From a virus, in IMG/VR virus record IMGVR_UViG_3300009152_000004, positions 5,058-69,057 of that record: a stretch of 64,000 nucleotides of DNA; one strand, 5' to 3'. Shown here piece by piece: positions 38,762 to 47,116 of this stretch. The notes under the pieces are model-generated. The model saw nothing but the letters and a program-made list of their open reading frames with translations, was not told the DNA's origin and did not search any database. Position 1 is the stretch's first letter. Every line of letters starts with the position of its first letter. Made by a program: the position numbers and the translations under genes.

Positions 38762-40554
38762 TATGCCGCCACTCCTCTGCGCTGCGATTGACCCGTCTGC
38801 ACCAAAGCGCCGATTCTGTTCTCTGATGACTTGTCGCGCCCGTTGTAAAAGTCCGACTGCTGTGCGGGGAACTGAGCCCCGCCACCGTCTGCGGCATAAC
38901 TTGCTGCGGATACCGTAAAACCAAGCGGCGATGTCAGCGGCCCAACAAATTGAGGGCTTGTTCTGATCTGGCCGGATGAATTGGTGTTTCCTGTTGCCGT
39001 TACCGCAATATCCGGCGTGCTGTAAATCGCGTCAGTTCCTGTGTTGTCATTTGGTGCATAGACCAAGTTGTTCGCAATCGTTGCGGTTGCTACTCCGGTC
39101 GTGTTGTAGGACGTTTGCTGGAACATGAGAACGCTACCGTTTTCTGTGGTGTATCCAGTGTTATTGCTAATGTAAAAATTAGTCGGGTCTGCGTAACCGA
39201 CAGCAAAGTCATATCCGGTCGTCTTGATGTAGGCAATACCAACGCCTCCAACAAATACGTTGTTGCGAATAGATATATCCGAGGCAAACGCATCGTATAG
39301 ATTGACCGAGGTTGCACTTGCGACTTGGTAATTTCTTTCCCAGATAATGTTTCGCGCAAGCCCCGTGGATGATTGATTCGTCGGGCCAACGCCGCACTGT
39401 CCTGAAGTTTCGCCACCGAAGCAGTAATTGTTGCTCCCTACAATTTTTTCCGTGTAATAGGGATTCGGGTATCCGCCACCCGATAGCGTCAATGAACCTT
39501 GATCTGGCGAACGCAAAGTAATAAAAGCACGGCCTGACGGAATGCCGGTTACCGTGTTATTTGACACTACGCCACGGTCGATAAACGCGGTTCTGAATCC
39601 ATGCTCTGAACCAAGCGCGTTGTTTATGTAATTACCCATCACGGCCATACGAGCAGCGGCTAGATAAAGCCCGTTTCCGCCGTTTCCGGGTGTCGGCACC
39701 ATCGGCCCTATGGTGCAATCTTGCACAAACAGCCCATCCCAAACAGGAGCCACAAACCCGCTGCCGTTTTGCACATCAAGAACTGAAATTGACGCGATAA
39801 TGCCGTTTTTAATGCGTCGCGCCTCGCAGCGCAGATACAGCACGTTATTTACTGGGCCAGAGTGCGCCCACGCCGATGCAGAGGCCAAGTCGTTACCATC
39901 AAACACCAGATCAACAAAGCGCCAGTCCGCCATAGCAGTGCCGGTAACAGTATTGTTTGATACGTTAATCCCGTTGCCGTTTACCGATGAATTGATGATT
40001 GGCTTTGCGCCAGTGCCAAACGCGCCAAACATGCCGGGGCCGTTCTGTGTGATCGTCACCGCACTTGCAATGTCGAAAGTCTCTCCGCGACGGAACAGAA
40101 GGCGACGGTCTGCGGCAAGGTTTGAAGTAATCGACGATGCGCCCGTATAGGTCACTTGCGTTGCGCCAGTCGGTGCACCCGTAAAATTTCCAGACGTTGA
40201 AAAACAAATGGTTTTAGTGGTTGACCATTGCGTATCCGCCGCAGTTACGGTGACCGTGTTTGTCGTAATAACAGCGGTTGTTCCGTCATAGCAAAGCATC
40301 GACCATGTATATGTGCCCGCTGTCTCGTAAACATGAGCAGCGACAGGCCCAAATGCTAAATTTTTACTCAGCGACGTATTTGCCCCGTTTCCCCAAGCGC
40401 CAGAGCCAGAATCACCAAAATTCCACATATAAAACAGGTCATGAAAAGGCTTGGTCGTATCTGCGTCAGTTGTTCCGCTAGCGTCAAAAAACACCGCCAA
40501 AGGCGCTACGCCTGTGGGTCTTGATACGGAAACGGCTGGAATTGGCGCGGCCAT
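38761..40554 (-). CDS. PKD-domain plus right-handed beta-helix protein (possible spike/adhesin)
   Basis: G.APL.VFFDASG...WNFGD...HVYETAGTY PKD signature; many ISNN/VSNN beta-helix turns. Confidence 0.7.
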   Translation of the reverse strand: MAAPIPAVSVSRPTGVAPLAVFFDASGTTDADTTKPFHDLFYMWNFGDSGSGAWGNGANTSLSKNLAFGPVAAHVYETAGTYTWSMLCYDGTTAVITTNTVTVTAADTQWSTTKTICFSTSGNFTGAPTGATQVTYTGASSITSNLAADRRLLFRRGETFDIASAVTITQNGPGMFGAFGTGAKPIINSSVNGNGINVSNNTVTGTAMADWRFVDLVFDGNDLASASAWAHSGPVNNVLYLRCEARRIKNGIIASISVLDVQNGSGFVAPVWDGLFVQDCTIGPMVPTPGNGGNGLYLAAARMAVMGNYINNALGSEHGFRTAFIDRGVVSNNTVTGIPSGRAFITLRSPDQGSLTLSGGGYPNPYYTEKIVGSNNYCFGGETSGQCGVGPTNQSSTGLARNIIWERNYQVASATSVNLYDAFASDISIRNNVFVGGVGIAYIKTTGYDFAVGYADPTNFYISNNTGYTTENGSVLMFQQTSYNTTGVATATIANNLVYAPNDNTGTDAIYSTPDIAVTATGNTNSSGQIRTSPQFVGPLTSPLGFTVSAASYAADGGGAQFPAQQSDFYNGRDKSSENRIGALVQTGQSQRRGVAA

Positions 40555-41462
40555 TAAATTGCTGCCGCCTCAAATGAATCAAGCCAAGGATTTAAAATTT
40601 CAGCCCTAGCCAATACACCTTGCCTAACCTCTGTGCTGTTAAATGAGTCTGTAACCGGCCCAACGCGCAACGTAGTGTTGAGATAAAACCTGATCTCGTT
40701 TGACGAATTAACTTCAATTTTAAGCACATCCCCAACGCTTGCCGCTACCACGTAACTTCCAAGTAGGGTAAACGTGCCCGCGTTCCGTTTATAAACCTGA
40801 TAGGTTGTTCCCGCGTTATATCGAACGCCAATAAAATTGGCTTGATCTGTTGCCCTGACGCAGAGAAAAGAACTATCCCATGATGTATTTCTCAGCACGC
40901 ACTGTGAATAATGATTAGCCGAACCCTGCGATGGGCATTGATAAAGCGTTTCAGTCGCGGAACCAACTGCCGTAATTGCTAGTTGATTGCTCTGAATATC
41001 ACAAGACGCGGCAAGTCCTGACGCGCGAGTCCACACACCACCAGAGGGCGTAGGAATGTGGTTCTCAAGGAAAACGCCGTTTGTGTCGGTAAACGTATCT
41101 TGGAATGATCCGGCCGGAGTTACTACAGTTCCGCTGGCTCCATAAACCCGATTCCCAATTGCGTCTACCGGATCATTTGTCGCATATGACCGCCATGCGT
41201 AAGTCGTTCCAGCCAAAACACCATCACCAGCGTTAATAATGATGGTATGGCTTGCCGACTGTGAGGCATCAAATGTTGACCAAGTGTAAGCTGGCGATAC
41301 GCCCCACTCAACACCAGCGTATGAAGCGGGCGACACGTTAACGGTGAATGTTATTTCCGTCGAGCCGGTCGCATTAGCAGAAGCCAATGTAACCGAAACA
41401 CCAACACCGCCCATATTTGACCGGGACAACCGTAGACGACGTTTTGCGGCCTGTGTCTGCAT
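40554..41462 (-). CDS. virion protein with Ig/FN3-like and lectin-like beta domains
   Basis: AGTTYAWRSYATN (FN3-like); DTFTDTNG..L..H beta-sandwich C-terminal part. Confidence 0.55.
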   Translation of the reverse strand: MQTQAAKRRLRLSRSNMGGVGVSVTLASANATGSTEITFTVNVSPASYAGVEWGVSPAYTWSTFDASQSASHTIIINAGDGVLAGTTYAWRSYATNDPVDAIGNRVYGASGTVVTPAGSFQDTFTDTNGVFLENHIPTPSGGVWTRASGLAASCDIQSNQLAITAVGSATETLYQCPSQGSANHYSQCVLRNTSWDSSFLCVRATDQANFIGVRYNAGTTYQVYKRNAGTFTLLGSYVVAASVGDVLKIEVNSSNEIRFYLNTTLRVGPVTDSFNSTEVRQGVLARAEILNPWLDSFEAAAI

Positions 41463-41463
41463 G

Positions 41464-41853
41464 TTAACTGAGTATCAGCACCAACGTGATGTCGTATGTG
41501 GCCGTGGCCGATGCCCCAACCGTGGACAACAGAACGTCACCCGTGTCCCCGGTACCGGAATCCGGCAGAGGCCCGATGAGACTGTAATCGCGGTATCCGT
41601 TGCCGGTCAGTACGTCGATCTGCAGATCGGTGGTGCGATCCCATTTGAGATTGACCGATGAAAACCCTTGGATGGCCCATTGGATTTCTTTCACCGCCGT
41701 GCGTGTGGGGGCCTGTCCGTTAGCCAGCCGCAAAGTGGAAATGTCCACCTTGACTACATTGGTCTCACCCGTGCCATCAGAGACATTGGTAAACCGGGCG
41801 GCGTACTGCCTAGGCCCGCCTGCTAGAACACTGGTGGTTACTGTATCAGCCAT
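41464..41853 (-). CDS. virion structural protein
   Basis: TN.SDGTGE..V.KVD.S motif. Confidence 0.65.
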   Translation of the reverse strand: MADTVTTSVLAGGPRQYAARFTNVSDGTGETNVVKVDISTLRLANGQAPTRTAVKEIQWAIQGFSSVNLKWDRTTDLQIDVLTGNGYRDYSLIGPLPDSGTGDTGDVLLSTVGASATATYDITLVLILS

Positions 41854-41863
41854 AAAACCTCCG

Positions 41864-42601
41864 TTATGCCGCCGTACTTACAGCAGCATCCATCGGCTTC
41901 AGCATCGGGTACAACACATCGTTGCCGAAGTCGCTCTTGAACTCATGAATACCCATGTGACCCAGTTTGATGGTAGGGTCAATCCATATACCAAATCCCG
42001 CTTCAATCGCACGCTCGCAGAACAGGAAGTCTTCACCAATGTAACCTTCCGGGGTTACCTTGAAATCAAAGTAGCTGTACAGCATGGCTTCGGACAGATT
42101 GTCGTGGTGTTTCCATTCGGGGTGCAGTTCGGCCAACTTCTCAAATACTTGCCGCTGGATCATCATAAAACCAGTAGCCACCCGCTTGGCCTTGACCAAC
42201 CCCATCGCGTCCATCAGCACATTTTCTTGGTCACCATCGAGCGTCAAGATATAAATCTTGCCCGCCTTCCGCGACTCATATGCGCCCGCCACGATATGCT
42301 TCTCTTGATTCCATGCCATCAACCGCAGCACATCGTCCGGGTCGAACGTCATGTCAGAGTCAATGAACAGCAGATGATCACAATCAGACTGCATGAACTC
42401 ATGCACGATCATATTCCGCGCACGCGAGACAACCGAACAACCGCAGATGCTGCTGACTTGAACCGTAATACCATGCTCCAGAACCTTTTGCGCGAGGCGC
42501 ATCAAGGACACCGCCATCTTCAGCCCCACTTTGTGATCGTATGCCGGAAGGCCGATCATCAGCTTTTTACCCGCGAGGTTGTAGCCTTTTTGGTTTTGCA
42601 C
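41864..42601 (-). CDS. GT-A fold glycosyltransferase-like protein
   Basis: SRARN, HLLFIDSD (DxD), ATGFMMI.R.VF, GEDFLFC, D.TIKLGHMG. Confidence 0.8.
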   Translation of the reverse strand: MQNQKGYNLAGKKLMIGLPAYDHKVGLKMAVSLMRLAQKVLEHGITVQVSSICGCSVVSRARNMIVHEFMQSDCDHLLFIDSDMTFDPDDVLRLMAWNQEKHIVAGAYESRKAGKIYILTLDGDQENVLMDAMGLVKAKRVATGFMMIQRQVFEKLAELHPEWKHHDNLSEAMLYSYFDFKVTPEGYIGEDFLFCERAIEAGFGIWIDPTIKLGHMGIHEFKSDFGNDVLYPMLKPMDAAVSTAA

Positions 42602-42670
42602 AAATTCTCCTGTTTGTGAGGTTGGGGCTGGAGGGGGCTAAACCCCCTCCGATATTAAAAGCCCCGGGTA

Positions 42671-43210
42671 TTACGAGTTAGCGAACGGAGTCGCCGGTGC
42701 GCCCGTACAGACAATAACACCATTAACCACGTATTCCGCCGTATCCAGCGCCGTTACCTGCAGCCATGTACCAGCAACACCGCCGGTAGTGCCGCCGTTC
42801 AGGTTGATGAAGTCATTGGCCGCAGCCGGAATAAATCCTGCCATCGCTCCTGAAGTGTCTGAGTCAATCGACAGAACATAGCCAACATATTTATCCGTGC
42901 CGTTTGTGCCGATTTTCAGGCTAGAGGTAGCAATCGTGACGTCGATCCAGAACGTGAACACCGCCCCTTGGTTATTGGGGTTATTGGGGTCAGAAGCTGG
43001 GCCCGAAGACGACGGGTTGGCTTGCACATTGATGGTCGGCAGGGTCAGGGTCACATCTGCAGCCAGAGTGCCACCTACTTTAATGATCCGACCCGCGTGG
43101 GCTGCTACAGTGAGAGAGGTGCTGGTACTGAGAGTTACGACGTTGCCGGGGCCAGTAGCATAGAAGCCGTTTTTCGAAATTACCGGGCCGTCGAGGGTTG
43201 ATTGTCCCAT
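42671..43210 (-). CDS. virion structural (capsid decoration/fibre) protein
   Basis: MGQSTLDGPV.S.NGF N-terminus and ATPFANS C-terminus, downstream of the capsid gene. Confidence 0.7.
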   Translation of the reverse strand: MGQSTLDGPVISKNGFYATGPGNVVTLSTSTSLTVAAHAGRIIKVGGTLAADVTLTLPTINVQANPSSSGPASDPNNPNNQGAVFTFWIDVTIATSSLKIGTNGTDKYVGYVLSIDSDTSGAMAGFIPAAANDFINLNGGTTGGVAGTWLQVTALDTAEYVVNGVIVCTGAPATPFANS

Positions 43211-43224
43211 TGTGGTTCCTTTTC

Positions 43225-43298
43225 GTGTGTTAGCACATTTCCCGTACCGTCTCTAACAAGTCTGCCAAGCCAGTCTGTACGGGTAAAAATCTTGGGCT
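43225..43298 (-). ncRNA. structured cis-RNA, probable Mu-gpT-DE-type motif (double pseudoknot)
   Basis: Three interleaved stems CCAAG/CTTGG, CCCGTAC/GTACGGG, TGTTAG/CTAACA; downstream of a Mu gpT-like capsid gene on the same strand. Confidence 0.55.
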
Positions 43299-43304
43299 GA
43301 GTGC

Positions 43305-43333
43305 TTTATATCAGGCTGTTTTGGGGGTGTCAA
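43305..43333 (-). promoter_or_regulatory. sigma70 promoter
   Basis: TTGACA-17 bp-TATAAA on the minus strand. Confidence 0.75.
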
Positions 43334-43468
43334 CAGGCTTCTTGGCCTCCCGCTTTTCCAACATCCTCTCCCGAAACTCCGGGTCACTCCATCGGGGAAT
43401 TGCAAATACTTTCGAAAACGTGCGAATGAGTTACGACACGGGTAACAGAACCGCTAAACCCAACAGAC

Positions 43469-43495
43469 AAAAAGAAAGGGCCCCCGAAGGGGCCC
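43469..43495 (-). terminator. intrinsic terminator after the capsid gene
   Basis: GGGCCCC-TTCG-GGGGCCC-TTTCTTTTT on the minus strand. Confidence 0.85.
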
Positions 43496-43521
43496 AGTTG
43501 GACGCTAAGTGCTTGATTCTA

Positions 43522-44439
43522 TTAGGTAGAACCGCTCGAACCGAATGCGCCCAGCGGATCAGACGCTCCGAACGAGTAACGCTCACGACTCTTATACCGT
43601 ACGTTCCCGGTATCAAAATCACCGTCCATTGAGTTTTGCAGCGGGGTGCGGACAAAGTGCTTCAGGCCGTTCGGCACATCGGTCATCAGGAACCACGCGT
43701 TGGTATCGGTCAAGAAGTGATTGACACGGTAGCCTTCGGGGATGGAACCCATCGTCTTGATCGCGTTCACGTCGTTGTTGGTCGTGCCGACGCGCAGTTC
43801 CGTTTCCAGAAGGCGAGTAGCAACGAACATCAGGTTCGGCGGGACGATCAGCTTGCGGGGCTTGGCGGCAATCAGCAGGCCACGTTCGTCGGTCCAAGCG
43901 GCGATCTGAATAACAGCGGCTTCCAGAGAAGTCTCATTCAGGTCAGCTTGGGTCGTGAACGTATTGCTGTTGGTACCACCACTGACCAGCGGATGGTCAG
44001 TCGCAAACAGGACTTTGCCGTCACCGTAGGTCGGGTTGCCGGAGCCAGTGAACCCTTTATTCAGGATCGTGGCAGCTTTAACCTGCTTGGTGTACGACAT
44101 GGCACGGGCCAGCGCTTTGGTGTAACGACCAGACAGCGAGTCGTACAGATTGTCTTCGACCGCTTCTTCAGTGATCGAGAAACCCAAAGCAATGGTTTCG
44201 TGTTGGTAGCGGGCAGTCCATGCTTCCTGCGCATTGTCATACGCAATTGCATTACCCTCGTTCTTTACCGGAGCCGCCGAGAAGCCGGACAGCTTGGTTT
44301 CTTCTTCGAACGAACGCTCGGAGGTTTCCGTATCGAAAATCTCTTTGTGTTCTTCGCCGTAACGCTTGTACTCCAGACCAAACAAGGCGTTCAGGCCCGG
44401 GAGCAGTTCTTTGAGAAGTTGTGCGCGTGAAATAGCCAT
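43522..44439 (-). CDS. major capsid protein (Mu gpT-like, HK97 fold)
   Basis: MAISRAQLLKELLPGLNALFG, DGKVLFATDHP, P.KLIVPP, DFDTGN.RYK.RERYSFG. Confidence 0.9.
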   Translation of the reverse strand: MAISRAQLLKELLPGLNALFGLEYKRYGEEHKEIFDTETSERSFEEETKLSGFSAAPVKNEGNAIAYDNAQEAWTARYQHETIALGFSITEEAVEDNLYDSLSGRYTKALARAMSYTKQVKAATILNKGFTGSGNPTYGDGKVLFATDHPLVSGGTNSNTFTTQADLNETSLEAAVIQIAAWTDERGLLIAAKPRKLIVPPNLMFVATRLLETELRVGTTNNDVNAIKTMGSIPEGYRVNHFLTDTNAWFLMTDVPNGLKHFVRTPLQNSMDGDFDTGNVRYKSRERYSFGASDPLGAFGSSGST

Positions 44440-44452
44440 TTTTTATTCTCCC

Positions 44453-45064
44453 TTAGATGCCAGCGGCAGTGGTATACATCTGGATCGTCGGGTTCCACGT
44501 CACCAGAACTTCAGTGAACGAGCCGGAAGCATTCACCGACTCAGCAACCACATCGACCACACGAAGCGGCAAGGTGGTCGTAGCAGCACCCACCGAGGAA
44601 ATCGCGCCTTTGCCCGCGCCGGTAACAGTGCTACCCGCGTTGTAAACGATAGCAGCGTTCTCGCCCACAAAGTCACGGGTACGCCCGCTAATCGTGGTGG
44701 TCGCGGAAACAATCGCACACTGCATGACAGCTTGGGGGTCGTCGCAGACATACGCCTGAATTGCGCTGGCGGTGTCCACAGTGCCGGTCGTACCTGCCGG
44801 GAAGTACTGCGAATAAACACGCTGGCTCATCGAATTGATGTATGAGCAGCCCATGAAAACACCTGCCACGTTAACAGCGGTTGCCGTCAGAGTGGAGTTG
44901 TTGATGCAACCATTCGAAGACAACGTAACAACGTCGCCAAAGAAGATCGCGGTGCCGTGACCGGAAGCAATTGCCATCAGTCGGGTTGAGCCAGAGAACA
45001 CGCGGCCACCCAGCAGATTGACAGGCTTGAAACCGTACGGCGCATCGACAGTCGGATATGCCAT
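44453..45064 (-). CDS. capsid cement/decoration protein
   Basis: APYGFKPV, IFFGDVV, GVFMGC.Y, V.DDP; directly upstream of the capsid gene. Confidence 0.65.
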   Translation of the reverse strand: MAYPTVDAPYGFKPVNLLGGRVFSGSTRLMAIASGHGTAIFFGDVVTLSSNGCINNSTLTATAVNVAGVFMGCSYINSMSQRVYSQYFPAGTTGTVDTASAIQAYVCDDPQAVMQCAIVSATTTISGRTRDFVGENAAIVYNAGSTVTGAGKGAISSVGAATTTLPLRVVDVVAESVNASGSFTEVLVTWNPTIQMYTTAAGI

Positions 45065-45080
45065 AGTTAAAACTCCTTAG

Positions 45081-45533
45081 TTATTTTTTACCAGACCCAA
45101 ACGACACGGTAGTCTTCTTCTCACTGAAGAGGGGCATACGCGGGTCATTGGCCTGCATGAAGTTGTTGTCCACAGCCTTCACTTGCTGGTCGGACTGGGC
45201 GTCGTAGTACTCACGCCGTTGCTCAACCATTTCCATGGGGGCCTTGCACAGCAACAGACCACCGATTTCGATTGCGTCTTTAAAACGACTATTCGAATCG
45301 GCCTGCAACATCATTTCCGGGTGATCAGATGCCTTTACCGGCTCCCAACCTTCACGGAGTTTTGCGGAGGTATTCGTGGGGTCCAATTGGCCCATGATAC
45401 TGGTCCGAATCCATCGAAATGCATACCCTGCTTCAGCTTTGGGGGTAGGCAGTAGCTGGGGCGGTGCCCAAGCCTGTTTGCGCCGCGTTTGCAGACGGGT
45501 TTCTTGCTCTCGATTCATACGATCTTCAGCCAT
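45081..45533 (-). CDS. conserved head-module protein
   Basis: W.PP..LP.P, GY.FRWIR, REGWEPV, IGGLLLCK. Confidence 0.7.
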   Translation of the reverse strand: MAEDRMNREQETRLQTRRKQAWAPPQLLPTPKAEAGYAFRWIRTSIMGQLDPTNTSAKLREGWEPVKASDHPEMMLQADSNSRFKDAIEIGGLLLCKAPMEMVEQRREYYDAQSDQQVKAVDNNFMQANDPRMPLFSEKKTTVSFGSGKK

Positions 45534-46485
45534 TGTTGTTCTCCAATTTAATCATTTCACTAGCATACTGTTCCGGGGAAAGCCCAAGTCGTTTGGCTAG
45601 GCCCAGTTGAGTCTGCGTCAATCGCACTTTTTTTGGCGCGGTGCTACGCGTTACGGGAGCAACTACATTTGGCTTGCGCGATTCAGACTTTTTTTCCGTC
45701 GCGGTTGTGGATTGCTCGCCATCGATCTCATCGTCGGTTTTTGTACCGTCATCGAAATACTCAGGGAAGCGCTTTCGCATGGTCATATCGAGTTGCTTGT
45801 AATACTCGTCGCTACGAGGATCAACTTTCGACCGGACTAATTTGTTGTGCAGGCCAAGCGCGAGGCTAGTCATTTCCTCATCAACCCCGAACCAAGTGTT
45901 TTTGGCACGCCACGCTTCCGCTTTGGGATCAACGTGTGGCTGGGATTCTTGACGCTGTTGTGTGGTTTCTACGCCCTTTTCTTCTGTTTGTAAAGGGGTG
46001 GGGCGAGAAAATTGAATTTCCTTGAGTTTGATCTTGGCATCAAACACCGCTTCCTGCGCGGCGGTGATGGTCTTCGGGTCACCCCCTTCGAATGCCTGCT
46101 CCAGTCGCGTTTTGGCCGACTCCAGTTCAACGGTGACCGCTTTGGTCATATCGTCTACGTAGGTCTTTTCGCCAGCACCAAGTTTTTTCTCTAACTCCTT
46201 GATTTGACTGTCTTTTGCCTGCGCCAGTCGTGCGGCTTCATCGGCTTCGCGCTTCGCGGCTTCTTTCTCGCGACGCTCGTCGTGCCAGACTTTCTTCATC
46301 TGGGACAGGCGCTTTTTGACCTTGTCCGAGTACTCACTCAGGTCATCTTCTTCCAGTTCCTTGACGATCTTCTCGGGCAGTTTCTCGCGGCCACGGTCGG
46401 CCTCCGGGGTGTCATCGATAATCTCGATCTCCAATGCTTCCAGATCGGGATTGGTTTTTTTGTCTTCGTTCTCTTGGGTTTGCAT
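45526..46485 (-). CDS. capsid scaffolding protein
   Basis: Acidic coiled coil, W..KN.WFG, C-terminal AKRLGLSPEQYA; between portal and capsid genes. Confidence 0.7.
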   Translation of the reverse strand: MQTQENEDKKTNPDLEALEIEIIDDTPEADRGREKLPEKIVKELEEDDLSEYSDKVKKRLSQMKKVWHDERREKEAAKREADEAARLAQAKDSQIKELEKKLGAGEKTYVDDMTKAVTVELESAKTRLEQAFEGGDPKTITAAQEAVFDAKIKLKEIQFSRPTPLQTEEKGVETTQQRQESQPHVDPKAEAWRAKNTWFGVDEEMTSLALGLHNKLVRSKVDPRSDEYYKQLDMTMRKRFPEYFDDGTKTDDEIDGEQSTTATEKKSESRKPNVVAPVTRSTAPKKVRLTQTQLGLAKRLGLSPEQYASEMIKLENNNG

Positions 46486-46530
46486 GTACTACTCCTTATT
46501 TGCGCCAAAAGGCGTTTGAGTGGTCGCGGG

Positions 46531-46935
46531 TCATTTTCTACGAACTCCGCGTGGGTCCTCGATTGTAGCTTCCACCGTGTCGTCGTTGATGATGCGGAAC
46601 TCTTTGCCGTGGATATCGAGTCGGGTTCCAGAGTTTGGACGGACAATAATAAAATCGCCTTCTTTGCACCACGGGCCGGAAGGAAATTTAACCGTGTCTT
46701 TGTACGCCTCTGGCCCGACCTTAACTACAAACAACACTGTAGTCAGAATCTCTTCGGTATGGACAGTGGCGTCAGCTTTGATAATAACGCTGTCGGTAAA
46801 TTTATCTTCAATCTCCGGGATCGCGCACAGGAGGTGATACCCCGTGGGGTCCGGCAACTGCTTGGCCTTACGTGCGTCCTCTTGCTTCTGCTCTTCCCAC
46901 TTCTGTTCCAGTGCTGTCGGTGCAGCTTCAGTCAT
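46531..46935 (-). CDS. groES: GroES-like co-chaperonin
   Basis: P.PTGYHLL, VVKVGP.AY.D, GPWCKEGD.I, FRIINDD.V. Confidence 0.8.
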   Translation of the reverse strand: MTEAAPTALEQKWEEQKQEDARKAKQLPDPTGYHLLCAIPEIEDKFTDSVIIKADATVHTEEILTTVLFVVKVGPEAYKDTVKFPSGPWCKEGDFIIVRPNSGTRLDIHGKEFRIINDDTVEATIEDPRGVRRK

Positions 46936-47116
46936 CTTCATGCTCCAGTCTTTTTGCGAGGTCTATAAGTACTTCATCGGCGGTGCGTAGGCCCCGGATC
47001 ACACCACAAATATGTCTGTAGTCAGCATAGTCTTTGGCGTTACCACTAGCCAAAAATTCGACCTTAGCCGCTATTTCTTCTTGATACTTACCGCGAAGCA
47101 AATCTACTTCGGTCAT
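46928..47116 (-). CDS. small conserved head-module protein
   Basis: L.SG.AKDYADY...CG.IRGL. Confidence 0.7.
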   Translation of the reverse strand: MTEVDLLRGKYQEEIAAKVEFLASGNAKDYADYRHICGVIRGLRTADEVLIDLAKRLEHEDD

